64,000 nt of DNA from Eledone cirrhosa. Lineage: Eukaryota. This document shows, piece after piece, positions 1 to 14,217 of the stretch. Where the stretch lies: positions 353,524,001 to 353,588,000 of the forward strand of contig OZ024741.1 in the NCBI GenBank assembly GCA_964016885.1. Reading direction: 5' to 3'. The notes below the pieces were generated by a model. The model did not search any database and had not been told where the DNA came from. It saw only the letters and a program-made list of their open reading frames with translations. A program made the translations under genes and the position numbers. Position 1 is the first letter of the stretch; each line of letters starts with the position of its first letter.

Positions 1-1019
1 TATATATCTACAAAACAAATAGTAGTAAGGAAAAAGAATTTTTCCTGTAGAAAATGTTGAAGAGACATTTTTGGTGAAATTTCAATATATAACAATATAT
101 ATATATATATATATATGCCAGAAATAATAACAGAACACACCCACTGTTTGGTTTGGGTTGATTTTCGCTTCTGCATCTTTTATATCTCCATAGTTAATTT
201 ATTTGGCAATCAATGTTTATTATTGATTGATCAGCGGTTAAAAATACAGATATATATATATATATATATATATATTTTACTCTTAATTCGGCCGGAGATT
301 TACATTCCCATTTGCCCTTTAAAGCATAACTTTCCGTATTTACTACGGTTACGAGATGCGGTTTCTTATTCAGGTACAACCTCTGATTTTAGCCTAAGAA
401 AATATCTATATGCGTGTGTAATTTATACATGCATATATTTATTTTTTTAATTTCAATTGAGTTCTTAACACGTTGGATTGATATTGTTTTCGAAAAAACT
501 GATTAACCCGCGTGTATATTATTATTTTTTTTCCTCCTTCGTGGATCGTAGTTGTCTCCCCTTCCCGCTTAGTGACGCTATAATACTTCCTCAGTCAAAA
601 ACTGCTGGAATTTCAAATTTGCCGGTCTTTCGATGCGGGAAGGAGCAACTTAACAGACACGAATTTTAACTGCGGTAAGAAAAATGTTTTTCTTATATCA
701 AAGTTTAATGGGCTTCCACTGATGATTTATATGCGCCCACCTAAATATATTCTTACATGAATGTATATTAGGCTTCTACATAAACTGGAAATATTCTCCG
801 AATTTGTAGAAAACTTATAATGAAACAATTGTTTGGAAAGAGAGATATATTTTAACTTTAATTATATCTCATAAAATAATACAACTGGCTTTTCCACATA
901 ATACATATTGTTAGCACCCCAAACACTTAAATTGGGTTTATATTAAAATATAACCTAATGTTTGTTGAGTGAGATGGTTACCAGTCAGAGATTAGCTTTA
1001 AACTATCTCTGTTTTTGTA

Positions 1020-1052
<33 letters not shown>

Positions 1053-1056
<4 letters not shown>

Positions 1057-1690
1057 ATCAAAGTTCTTTCGTTGCACATCTGCAACATCATCAGTGGTAC
1101 TATTATGTTCCATCCTATTGTATTGTAATGTATATGCCATATGTATATATCTAGATAGATGTATATATATTTGTGTATGTGTGTTTGTACATGTTTGTGT
1201 GTGTGTGCATGTGTAAGTGTATGTATGTGATTGCGTGAAAGGTAAGAAGAGAAAAACAGATATATAACTTGAAAATATAGAGAGGAAAATCAGATAGAGA
1301 AACTGGGCAACAGAATTACTTAATGACAGAGAATCAGGTAACCAGTGAATAGCAATGCCTTGTTATAGTCACAACCTCGCAGACTGGAACCAGTAAGAGA
1401 ATAAAAGAATATGCAGACAGTCGGATAGGAAGAGTTACAAACAAGATGTTATAGATAAGACGTAAGTTGGTAAGGAAAAGATGAAGAAAATGGAGAAATC
1501 GGAAGTAGGGGCTACATCTCTATAGAGGAAAATGTCAGAAAATAGTGACAGAGTGTGTGTATGTGTGTATGTGTGTGTGTGTATGTTTGAAAGAGAGGGA
1601 GAGAGGGAAAGAAGGGGAGAGAGAGGGATTAGTATGTTTTTGATAGAATAAAATGAAGAGAGAGAGAGAGAAGGAGGAGAGATAGTGGGT

Positions 1691-1743
<53 letters not shown>

Positions 1744-2070
1744 GAGCAGGAGACATGAAATAAAGGAAATGTAAAATGGAATGGACGGTATGGAAGACTG
1801 AAGGAGATGTTTATATGATCGATGAAAATCCAGTAGCTCTCTTTCGCCATCAAATTATTCCAAGATCGAAGCCGTCGTTGTTCAATAGCAAGACATTGAT
1901 TATTTGTGGCGAAAGTTAATTTAGCAGCGCCGATGATGACTTCTTTTAATCCTTAAGAACCATTGTCTGAATTCCTCCATAAACAGTTTTGATGTCTTTG
2001 CCGTTATCATTGGCACTTCTATTGTATCAAAGACAAAGTTGAAACCCATGAACACAAACCATATATTCAC
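1053..2070 (-). mobile_element. Degraded Penelope-like element 3' end (endonuclease C-terminal remnant, CT/CA-rich 3' region, terminal hammerhead) ending at (TA)n
   Basis: Minus-strand remnant ...NNLMAKESYWI... resembles the ESxWI motif near the end of PLE GIY-YIG domains; hammerhead at 1056-1099 in the same orientation; (TA)n at 1025-1052. Confidence 0.4.
1056..1099 (-). ncRNA. Minimal type I hammerhead ribozyme motif
   Basis: Minus strand: tacca CTGATGA t gttgca gatg tgcaac GAAA gaac TT tgata; 6-bp stem II; stem I has one mismatch. Confidence 0.6.
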
Positions 2071-2073
2071 TTG

Positions 2074-2105
<32 letters not shown>

Positions 2106-2181
2106 TGTATGTGTGTATGTATGTATGTGTGTATGTATGTATGTATATATGCATGTATGTATATATGTATGTATGTATGTA

Positions 2182-2443
2182 TTGTGCATTGCCTTTTCTC
2201 ACTATAAAAGCTTCACGGCACAGGCATTGCTTTATATCTGGAGATCTCTCTGCACTTGTCGTCACATGGTACCATGGGCCCAGCACTATGTGTCAATAGT
2301 TGTCACAAGTGTAGTGTTTGTACCAGAGTTTTCAAGTCGCTGGCTGGACTAAAAGGTCACACTCGTTCAGCGCATCGGTAGGGGTTCTCCTACATGGATA
2401 TAAAGTAGTGGCCGTACTCGAAAACGAGTTGGCAGCCACCATG
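2182..2443 (+). mobile_element. 5'-truncated copy of a non-autonomous RTE-like element in (TATG)n
   Basis: Near-identical to the 3' part of the 4899-5486 and 7310-7920 copies; encodes terminal C2H2-like CSVCTRVFKSLAGLKxHTRSAH; ends gcagccaccatg followed by (TATG)n. Confidence 0.75.
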
Positions 2444-2452
2444 TATGTATGT

Positions 2453-4368
2453 GTTTTCTCTTTCTCTTAATTTCGAGTATATTCTTTTGACCGGCCACCT
2501 TCCTGGTGGCAAGGTTGTAAAAGAAAAGAAATTGTCATCCCTTGAATCGCAAGAATGTTTTGCAAATTTTGAAGGTGCCAGCTATCGCAGCCATTTGTAG
2601 ACTATGAATTAGGGAGCTGCGCTTTTTGTCCGCAAATCCAAGTTCAGTCATACTTTGGTCCAAGCGGGTTGGTATATAACCCGTAGCACCAATAATGATG
2701 GGTATGAAGCTAAAGGTGTATCTTGGATACTGGATTTATAAACTCCTCATCAATGGTCCGTAGATGTCCTCCTTCTCCTGTATTTTTCTGACAACGTTTA
2801 CATCAAGTGGGCAGCTGATCTCCACAACAGAACACGTTTTCAATGTGTGGTCCCAAACTACAATATCAGGCCGGTTGTGCTTTAATTTGGTGGCAGTTTT
2901 TATTTTCAGGTTCCACCAGTATTCCTTAGTGCCATCTGTCTCAATATATTCTTCCTCGTTTGTTGTTAATTTTGTTTTCCGAAGTGCGTTCCAGATGGTT
3001 CTAGCTATCCCATCGTGTCTCATGGGGAGGTAGTAGCGAGATGACATTCTTTCGCAGCTGGCAACAATGTGGCTTACATCCTCGATCTTTGTTTTACATA
3101 GCCTACATTTATTGTCAGCTGCTGGCCCTCCTCTTTTGTGCAGCAGATATTTGGTAGGGAGTTCTTGTTCCTGTATTGCATAGAGATATCCCTCAAGGTG
3201 TGATGTCATAAACTTGTCGGAACTCCATGCCAGGCTTTTTGAGTGGTTTATCCCCTCTATGGTCTGTGTTTTACGCCTCAAGTATCCATGCACAACTTTT
3301 TCTGTAAATTGGTCAATTTTTTTATCTTGTTTGAACATTGAATAGGATCTTCCGATTTCTCTGGGTGAGAGATTTATATCAGGCTTTATTCCATATCTCT
3401 CCTCCAGATCAGTCGCTATTCTAATGATATTTCTTTTTTCATGGTCATAAACCTGGGCAAGATGGTTGCCAACCTTTTTCCTCTGTTGAAGGTGTTGCTT
3501 CAGTGTCACTATCCGGGTCTCATATGTTGATAATATTGATTTTAGACCCCGGCCACCTTCCTTGCGTGAGAAGTATAGCCTATCCACATCACCATTGATG
3601 TTAAAGTTCCCAGTAACACTGAGAAGTTTTCGAGTTCTAACATCCATCTCACTTAGTTCTTGCAATGACCAGTTCAGTAGGCCAAATGTTGGCGTTAGAA
3701 TTGGCACAGCATAAGTATTGTGGGCAATGTATTTGTTGTATGCTGACAGTTCTGATGACCATATTTTCTTTACTCTTCTGAGGTATTCAGTTCTGGTTCT
3801 CTCCTTATTTATGGGTCCATCATATCTGACATTCTCATCCTGTCCAAGATATCTGTAGTTGTCACCTGATTGCAGAGGTTGTATTGTCAGGCCGTTCATC
3901 TCTAGATTTCTAGAGGAGGGCACAGCTCTTCCACGTTTTACTGCCAAATATGCACACTTGGACTCACCAAATTTCATTTTGATGTCGGTTGAAAATTGTG
4001 TAATGAGGTCCAATTGTTTCTTGATGTCATTGATATTTGGCCCATACAACTTCAGGTCATCAACAAAGAAAAGATGGGAGATACTTCTGGTCCCACTTCT
4101 TTGTCCACCTTGTTTCCTGAGTAGGTAAGATAGTGGATTCAGTGAGAGAACGAAGAGTAGCACTGACAAGCTATCACTCTGAAAGATGCCCTTCTGGTAA
4201 TGTATCTTATCAGTCTTAACCTGCTCCTTCTCACCTCTAAGGATCAAGCTGGTGTACCAGTTCTTGGTCAGGCGTTCAACAGCAACTACCAATGGTTGTG
4301 GGACTTTAGCTAACTCTAAAGCCTTAACAATCCACCCATGAGGTACACTATCAAATGCTTTTTGATAG
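2453..4368 (-). mobile_element. 5'-truncated R4/Dong-like non-LTR retrotransposon (RT + CCHC knuckle + restriction-like endonuclease) inserted in (CATA)n
   Basis: ORF 2736..4493 has YQKAFDSVPH, GIFQSDSLS, HLFFVDDLKLY, YRYLG, RKEGGRGL, CRLC..H..C, RHD, RPDIVVWD..VVEISCP; both ends are in CATA repeats. Confidence 0.9.
2736..4368 (-). CDS. Partial reverse transcriptase / RLE endonuclease polyprotein (no genuine start; the ORF N-terminus is microsatellite)
   Basis: Uninterrupted reading frame with RT motifs and a PD-(D/E)xK-type nuclease; terminates slightly early. Confidence 0.8.
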
Positions 4369-4723
4369 TGTATGTATGTATGTATGTACGTATGTATGTA
4401 TATATGTATGTGTGTATGTATGTATGCATGTATGTATATATGTATATATGTATGTATGTGTGTATCTATGTGTGTGTGTATGTATATATGCATGTATGTA
4501 TTTATGCATGTATGTATGTATATATATGTATGTATGTACGTATGTGAGTATGTGTGTATGTATGTGTTTATGTACGTATTTATGTGTGTGTGTATATGTA
4601 TGTATGAATGTATATATGTATGTATGTATGTATATATGTATGTATGTATGTATTATGTTTGTGTGTATTTTTGTATATATGTACGTATGAATGTGTATGA
4701 ATGTGTGTATGTATGTATGTATA

Positions 4724-4798
<75 letters not shown>

Positions 4799-4898
4799 AA
4801 GTATGTATGTATGTATGTGTGCGTGTATGTGTGTATGTAACTGTGTGTATGTATGTAGGTATGTATATATGTATGTATATAAGTATGTCAGGTCATAT

Positions 4899-5486
4899 GT
4901 CAGGTCACCACTTGGTGCTACTGGTAACATGTATCCCAGTACAACCTGTCTCATGGTCGGGTCGTTGGCGACTAAACTGGCAACCCCACCAAGGTTTCTT
5001 GGTGAGGAGGGTGACTTTGGACATCCTGCAGGACTAAAAACAAAATCTGTCAAAGGGAAAAGGAGCTCTTAAGAGTCAATGGCCATCCAAAATCACTGGG
5101 AGAGATGACCCCTTAGCCTTTGTCAATGCAGAATTCTAGGAGAAGGAAAACTCTGATATAACACCTGCAACCCTGATGGTATCCAATGATGTTGACTTGT
5201 TCTTCTTTTTGGTAAATATCATCTTGGTTAAGAGAGTGGGACTGGCTTTGTGCAGTGCCTTTGCTCACTATAAAAGCTTCACGGAGATCTCTCTGCACTT
5301 GTCGTCACATGGTACCATGGGCCCAGCACTATGTGTCAATAATTGTCACAAGTGTAGTGTTTGTACCAGAGTTTTCAAGTCGCTGGCTGGACTAAAAAGT
5401 CACACTCGTTCAGCGCATCGGTAGGGGTTCTCCTACATGGATATAAAGTAGTGGCCGTACTCGAAAACGAGTTGGCAGCCACCATG
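4899..5486 (+). mobile_element. ~590-bp non-autonomous RTE-like element (5'UTR-like part fused to ORF 3' end) in (TATG)n
   Basis: Contains ctaggagaaggaaaactctgat (RTE 5'UTR-like) and a C-terminal zinc-finger codon stretch; ~23-bp deletion relative to the 7310 copy; short duplicated gtcaggtca at 4887. Confidence 0.75.
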
Positions 5487-5859
5487 TATTTATGTATGTA
5501 TGTATATGTATGTATGCGTGTGTATGTATGTGTGTATGTATGTACGTATGTATGCATGTGTGTATGCATGTGTGTGGACACGTGCACACTCATGTGTATG
5601 TGTGTATGCGTGTATGACCATGTTTACAGATGTTTATATCCATACATACATACACACATACGTACATACATACACACAAACACATACATACATATATACA
5701 TACATACATACATACATACAATCATACATATATACATACGTACCTACATACATCCATTCATCCAACCATACGTACACATACATACATACATACACATGGA
5801 TACATACACACATACATACATACATATGTATGTGTGTATGTGTGTATGTATGTATGTAC

Positions 5860-5983
5860 GCACCTTCAAAATTTGCAAAACATTCTTGCAATTCAAGGAA
5901 TGACAACTTCTTTTCTTTTACAACCTTGCCACCAGGAAGGTGGCCGGTCAAAAGTATACTCGAAATTAAGAGAAAGAGATAAC
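5860..5983 (+). mobile_element. 3' end fragment of the same R4/Dong-like element
   Basis: Reverse complement of 2453-2578; followed by (CATA)n. Confidence 0.9.
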
Positions 5984-6469
5984 ATACATACATACATACA
6001 TACAGTTGCCTTTCAAATAGAATTTCCAAAGTTTGGGTGAGAGACAAAGGAAGACTCCTAAGCTAGGGGCTTTTGTTTCTTCTCTCGTTCAATCTTTCTC
6101 TCTTACTTTCTTCTTCCTTTTTTGTCATTTTGTAATGTTGTTGCCAATATTGGCACCGGAATCAATCAATAAGTCTTGGATAAATGTAGACATCAATTTC
6201 AATCTCGGTTCATGACAAAAACTATGTTGGTATATTTGTATTTTATCCTCACTTTTGTTCTTTATACTGTGATTTGTCGGTTTCTTGTTTGTTTTTTATT
6301 TTTTTTATTTTTTATTTTACTTTGTTTTCCTTTGGAATTTTTTTGTTTGTGTCTTGTATTTTAATCATATATGGCTGTGTGTCTATGTGTTTAGTGTTGA
6401 CATTGGTTTACTACTACATTGCGTTTTCATAGATGGACTAGTTGGTATTGTAAAGTTAATGTTATTGCA

Positions 6470-7240
6470 CACATGCGCACACACGCAAACACACTCATAC
6501 ATCCGCATACACACAAACACAAACACACACAAACACACATACACACAAACACACACACACAAACACACAAACACAAACACACATACACACAAACACACAC
6601 ACACACAAACACAAACACACAAACACAAACACAAACACATACACACAAACACACACACGCACACACACACACGCACACACAAACACAAACACACAAACAC
6701 AAATATACACACACGCGCGCATACACACACATACACACACGAACACACATACACACACATACACACAGCCATACACACCCAGACACACACACATACATAC
6801 ACACAATTTGTGTGTGGCTCTCTCTAAGATGATTAATTAATTGTGTTAAATGTGATATTAGTAGCTGAGTAATTGTATTTCGTTTGTTGGGTCATAGTTG
6901 CTTTAGGTTTATTGTATTCGTTTACCTTTATATCGATGTTGGGTGATGGTATGAGAGAATATATTTAAGATGGCCGACTGAATTTAAGATGGCTGACTGA
7001 ATTTAAGATGGCCGATTGAATACGCACGTCTGTTTTTTTCTCCCCATTTTTTTCTCATTTTCCCCATTCCTTCCTCTCATCACTCTTTACTTTCTATTTA
7101 TCTTCTATTTCTAGCTCCTCTGATGAAGGACTAGTGTCTGAAACGTTAACACTCTCTTCCTGCTATTTCAAACATTGAACTAATATATTTCTTCCATGTG
7201 CTGTGCCGTTTGTTTTGTTACTTTTGTTAATACTTTTTAA
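6470..7240 (+). mobile_element. Penelope-like 3' region (CA-rich tract, aagatggc triplication, pLTR with hammerhead)
   Basis: Same layout and pLTR sequence as 58590-59550 (CTGATGAagg...GAAACGTTAA...aactaatatatttcttc). Confidence 0.55.
7116..7150 (+). ncRNA. Minimal hammerhead motif
   Basis: CTGATGA aggactagtgtct GAAA cg TT; stem I is weak. Confidence 0.55.
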
Positions 7241-7309
7241 TGCATATATACGTGTATGTATGTATGTATGTATGTATGTATGTATGTATGTATGTATGTA
7301 TGTATGTAT

Positions 7310-7920
7310 GTCAGGTCACCAGTTGGTGCTACTGGTAACATGTATCCCAGTACAACCTGTCTCATGGTCGGGTCGTTGGCGACTAAACTGGCAACCCCAC
7401 CAAGGTTTCTTGGTGAGGAGGGTGACTTTGGACATCCTGCAGGACTAAAAACAAAACCTGTCAAAGGGCAAAGGAGCTCTTAAGAGTCAATGGCCATCCA
7501 AAATCACCGGGAGAGATGACCCCTTAGCCTTTGTCAAGGCAGAATTCTAGGAGGAGGAAAACTCTGATATAACACCTGCAACCCTGATGGTATCCAATGA
7601 TGTTGACTTGTTATTCTTTTTGGTACATATCATCTTGGTTAAGAGAGTGGGACTGGCTTTGTGCAGTGCCTTTGCTCACTATAAAAGCTTCACGGCACAG
7701 GCATTGCTTTATATCTGGAGATCTCCCTGCACTTGTCGTCACATGGTACCATGGGCCTAGCACTATGTGTCAATAATTGTCACAAGTGTAGTGTTTGTAC
7801 CAGAGTTTTCAAGTCGCTGGCTGGACTAAAAAGTCACACTCGTTGAGCGCATCGGTAGGGGTTCTCCTACATGGATATAAAGTAGTGGCCGTACTCGCAA
7901 ACGAGTTGGCAGCTACCATG
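7310..7920 (+). mobile_element. ~610-bp non-autonomous RTE-like element in (TATG)n
   Basis: Longest copy; high identity to 4899-5486; flanked on both sides by TATG repeats. Confidence 0.8.
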
Positions 7921-7990
7921 TATTTATGTATGTATGAATAATTTTTATATCATGTGATGTGATCTATACTACATGTGCTTGTCGTTGTCA

Positions 7991-8120
7991 CTTTCCGAAG
8001 AAGAGCTTAAGCCTGAAACCTCAAAAAACCTTCTATTTACATTCCATGAGTGTTAGTCTAATGACTACACTTGTCTATCTGGTTTTTAGAATCATTTTTC
8101 TTTCTTCGTCGTAAATTTTG
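7991..8120 (+). mobile_element. Degenerate Penelope pLTR with hammerhead remnant
   Basis: cttt CCGAAGA agagcttaagcct GAAA cc TC aaaa, then downstream sequence similar to the 7120 family; ends at (CA)n. Confidence 0.45.
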
Positions 8121-8124
8121 CACA

Positions 8125-9270
<1,146 letters not shown>

Positions 9271-10875
9271 ATGATATATATATATGGAGAATAGAAGGAC
9301 AATTGGTGGGCGCAGAAACATATGCGAACAGGTCTATTAAAAAGAAAGGAAGGGATAAAAATGAATAATGTAAAAGAAAAATGATTGGGTTATCATTATA
9401 AAGCTTTTAAAATGGATAGATATAAAATGTGACTTGGCGCTACGAACATTCTGCGCGATCATGACGTTCGCTTGTTTTTCCTTTCTTTTTAATGGAGAGG
9501 ATGAAGACTCTTAAATTCACATTCTTATATGAATATGGATTGCAATGAACAAAAATATAGTCAATCGTGAGTATATGGTAAAGCAGTTTTATCATTTTAA
9601 TTTTATACCTCTAATGTTATTATTTACAATTCGTTCATACGTTTATACAGCAAATGACTTTAATTCTTCTGATGATAGATTTATTATCTACAATTTATTT
9701 GATTCCTAGTCAAAGCCATATTACACAAACAAAATATAGGAGGTAGAATTCGTTCACAATAGGAATTTCATTTTAACAATCAAACTCCTCTTAGGACATT
9801 TATATCTACGAGTAAAATCCCTGGATTAAAATCTCTAGTTTTATTTAAACATACAATTGCACAAATATGATAAACATATACAGAGATGAACAAAGAAATG
9901 GGCATTACTGTCTGTTTCATATATAATATACAGACTTCGACGAAATACAAAAAGTTGCTGTAACTTCGAAGTATCAAAAACTGTTCACATTCCGTCATTT
10001 CTTTCTAATTAAAAAATGTAATATTTATGTGTAATGAAGAAGAATATTTATTTTATGTAAATTACAGGAAAACGCTGTATTTATACTGAGTGAATTCGTC
10101 ACAAAATGGACGATCAGTTATGAAAGCGTTACTCATTGTGAACGTTAAGATCAGATTTGAGGGTGGTGTTAAAGAAACTGTATTGAATATAATACCTGAG
10201 CATCAACCTTTTTCTTAGCTCCTTGCGCAACTTCTAGTTATTTGTACATGAGTTGCGATATATACCACCCGTTTCACTCAAGTCAGAAATAATAAATTAT
10301 GCTTTCACCCTTAATTAAACTTTAATTAGTATAAAATATTCGTACGATATTTAGTATATAATAAATCACTTGTATTTGTATAAGTGTACTTTATTGGTCA
10401 GTAAACACGATTAATATAATGAATATGGTTTAAAGAAGAAAGAAATCATCGGAAATTAATCAGGGGAAAAAAGGAAAAACACGGGAGAAGATCTGCAAAC
10501 TCAATTACACACTACAATAGAGGATGACGGAGTTCCTCTTTAATAATGTTTTAACTAAACAAGACACTCGCAGCATTACTGCTCGTAATAGTAAGGGTAA
10601 AGCACCTTTACGAGCATCACCTGGTACTTCACTAAGATGAGCCACCAACAATGACAAAAACACGTTGTTAGTGACCTAGCTCCCTCGAACGTCTTGAACC
10701 CCAAAGCTGAAAAAAAGAAAAAAAGGTTGCACGTAATTCATGGTATATCGGAACCGCTTTGTATATTCATCACATAATATCGCTTCAGAAAGTCCTTACC
10801 ATGTATAAAAATAGAACTTTCCTTAATTATTTGTACAACAAATTCACCATAAATACGAAAGCACAATGTTTAGAA

Positions 10876-10930
10876 CAGGGGCGTGCAACAGGTTGCCCGC
10901 GCACCACAACCCCACCTGCTAGATCAGTCA
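10876..10930 (+). mobile_element. hAT-like transposon terminal fragment
   Basis: caggggcgtgcaac...gcccgcgcaccaca resembles Charlie-type termini; no partner end found. Confidence 0.4.
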
Positions 10931-11999
10931 GAGTGGCCCACGATAACCCTTTTTAATTTTTACCTTGTAGGATTATTTAGAATTTTTTTCGTAACCGTAC
11001 TACAATTTTCTGTTAGTTGACCTATACTAAAGGGCTTCACTGATAAAGTTATGTGTGTTATAATTTCCCAGTTCCATGTGATGGAAAGAAGTTGTGGTAA
11101 ATCTTTTGAATAGTACGTAATAAATATTAATGGCCCTAATAGTTGTACCAATGTTCAAAAGTGGCCCACCAATGGAATACCTTGCACACACCCTTAGTTT
11201 AGAAGATTGTTTGGACACCGCAGTTGAAAACATAACTATATCCCAGGAGTGTGACTCAATGACACTAAGACGAAGTACCATTATAGCACTGTCATCATCT
11301 TGGACATCAACATCCAATCGGTATAGTTGTTGTCATCAACATCATCATCATCGTCACCATTAGCATCATCATCATCATCATCAACAACAAAATTTATCCT
11401 CACCATTATCTTTATTAACAGTAACATCCCTACTTCCTTATCGTTGTCGTCGTCATCAACTCCATCTTTTAATTCTGATAGGAATATGAACTTAATCACT
11501 TAGAAGTCTTCTTCCATTAGCCAGAAGCTAAGTAATTGATGTATAAATTATAGAATAACACCATTTTCCCAAATCACATTATATCAAGCCCAGGTATGCA
11601 AGAACATTTTGGTTTCTCTAAGGAATGGCTTCATAAGTATATGTCATTTGCTATGTAAACCATATCTTGAATGTGGCTCAAAACATACTTTTACTTGATT
11701 TCGATGATTTCGTTTTTTAAATCTTCTTTCTATAACGTTGCTTTTTATTGTAGACCGCCAAATAGTAGAAAATAATAAAACGTTTTCAATTTTTGTGAGA
11801 CCTTCTAGAGTGATTCCTTATTATGAAGCTTAATGTTCCACGAAATCCAAACCAGACTCTGCTTACACTTATACCACTAATATCACTAAAAATGTTAAAT
11901 CACATCTCATATTCTCAGGTATGCCTGTTGTTATGTATTTGCATAATAAATCACTCTACGAATGGAAAGAGAATCAATATTTAATATGTAATATTGATG

Positions 12000-12212
12000 T
12001 CTAATTTCGGCAATAGGTCAACATATTTTAGGTGGAGGGCTACGTTGATCAAATCAACCCCAGTACTTGACTGGTACCTTGTTTTGTCGACACCGGAAAG
12101 TTAAACGGCAAATTGACCTTGGTAGGACTTGAACTCAGAATGTAAAGAGCCAGAAAAAATACTGCAATGGCATTTTATCCACCACTCTACCAATTCTGCC
12201 AATCTACATCCC
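12000..12212 (-). mobile_element. tRNA-type SINE (cephalopod-like family)
   Basis: B-box-like ttctgagttcaa on the minus strand, core matching other copies, 3' tail. Confidence 0.7.
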
Positions 12213-12440
12213 TTGTTCTTCATATAATGTTGCTGAAAATATTTTCTTTTTATGTTTCAAGTAAGTTAGAGATGAAGCAATGCAACGCTGACGATTCCAC
12301 CTTGATCCGTCTCTAGGTATACGTCACCAAATTTTCTCAGCTATTCTTTATAGTGATTGGTTATTATTGAACTGGGTAGATTTGATCGTCTTTCCCCTCC
12401 CTAAAAAATTGCTGGCACTATGCCTAAAGTAGAAACAATT

Positions 12441-13003
12441 ATTATGGTCATTTGCGTTAGGAAGTTCACATTTCCGGATTCTTTTTCTTATTTTGGAACA
12501 AGGTTCTATATCAAAGCTAACTGCAAGTAATGCATCCATATTTTGTTGTTTATTTGATGAACTATGCATCTTCAAATGCCTAAGGGAGAAATCATTATTT
12601 GAGAGTTGTTAATGCTATAGACAAAATGCTAGTAAATTAAGACCGTGGTTTAGTTTCAGTTCTCACTGTAGAGATTAACACACTCTTCCGGTATCTATTT
12701 TTTTTTTCGGCACCAGAAATACTTTACCTGATTTTCTAAACTATAATTTACTATGGTTTATAATGATCAACTATCATTATGGTCAATTACGTTGGGATGC
12801 ACACATTCCAAGTTTCTTTTTTTATGGTGGTTCAAGTTTCTATATAAGATTAACTGCAAGTAGTACAGCAATATTCTCTTATCTGTTATATAAACTATGC
12901 TTCTTCAAATTCCTAAGGGAGAAAACAGTATTTGGAAGGAGTTATTGCTATAAACAAAACACAAAGTCCCAGTAAGTTAAGATCGTAGTTTAGTTTCAGT
13001 TCT
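12441..13003. repeat. Diverged direct tandem duplication (~225-bp units, ~335-bp period)
   Basis: 12441-12663 vs 12776-13003 share attatggtca, taactgcaagta, aactatgc.tcttcaaat.cctaagggagaaa, tttagtttcagttct. Confidence 0.85.
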
Positions 13004-14159
13004 TATTTAAAACGCTTTCTATATTATTTTTGGCAAGCCTAAGGTGGTTTCAGCACGTCATTTTAATTTACTGTTGTAGCTAATTCCCGTCAAATAATTC
13101 GCTAATAAAAGAGGTGGACATCATAACTTCTCGTTTTCTGCCGTCGTAAAATATGGGGCAGTTGTACTTGCTGAAAAGAAATCGATATTTTCCCTGTAGC
13201 AGTGTTAGTATAGTAAAATGCTTCACCCATCAAAGACTGAGAGAATAGTTACCTCATAAAATATAAAAGTCGAGGAAACAAGTAAATCTATCAAAGCTTA
13301 TTACGTCTACGCCTTCATATGTTTTATTTTAATCTGAACTATAAAAAGAAACTTTTTTAGTCAACAACACTCTATAAAATTTTCGATTATGTTATATGTA
13401 TGTTAGGAAAACATCTGAAAATTACCAATATCTCGGAGGGAACTTTGATCAAACACAAGATAGAACATTAGCTAGTCTAATACACAGCGACAAGCAAAGA
13501 AATTAATATCGATTTAAACATTAAAATCTATTTAGTTTTTCTCGCATAAATCGGATAGTAATTAATGTGTAATCAAACGATGTGTTTCGGCGTCCTGTCT
13601 CACTCTCAGTCAATAAACAAACCCACCTTAAAATATTCTTACTAATTTCCGATAAACAACCCATTAAAATAACAAACCAACAAAACCCCAGTTCTTATCA
13701 ATTTTGAATCTGATCAAGCTTTAGGCATTATAACATTGGGTTTCAGTTTGTTTAGCACAATAGAACAGGAGATCAGGTTTCGAGAAAGTCAAAGTAGATT
13801 AATCGGGGAAAATGAAAATTATCGTTAAAAAAAAAAAAAATCAGAGATCAAACTATTTGTTGTTTTCAGATAGAAATCGAGAACAACTGCTTTTGTTTTC
13901 TGAAAGATAATAACTAAATGGATAATGAAGTCTAAGCTTTTATGTAGTATTTCATGTGTAAAAACATAAGAACGTCAGGAAATAGAGTACAGTTTTCTGA
14001 TAACTTCTGTTGTTGGGGATAGGAAAAATAAATAATGCGTACTTGCAAGGCAAACATTTGTTTTCAAGGCCAGAATGTTGGCAAAGGAGAACAATGAATG
14101 AATAAAACTGGATGATTTTTTTCGATTACATCATCTACACAGCTCTTATTATTTGCTAC

Positions 14160-14216
<57 letters not shown>

Positions 14217-14217
<1 letters not shown>

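Noticed and set aside
714-812. CTGATGA...GAAA possible hammerhead
   Set aside because: A long stem II is plausible, but stem III, UH and stem I cannot be paired convincingly.
4338-6832. Many long ORFs rich in YV/CM/HT/TH
   Set aside because: Translations of TATG, TG and CA microsatellites; not genes. The same applies near 21570, 44169-45076 and 57422-57896.
9669-9696. CTGATGA followed by tagat/atcta hairpin
   Set aside because: No GAAA after the hairpin.
10628-10674. Hammerhead-like remnant (tcacta agatga ... aaaa cacgt ... tagtga)
   Set aside because: Both core strands are altered; too degenerate to call.
10960-11317. Possible host exon on the minus strand with a donor-like AG|GTAAAA
   Set aside because: No recognisable protein motif, no clear acceptor, and stops in alternative frames.
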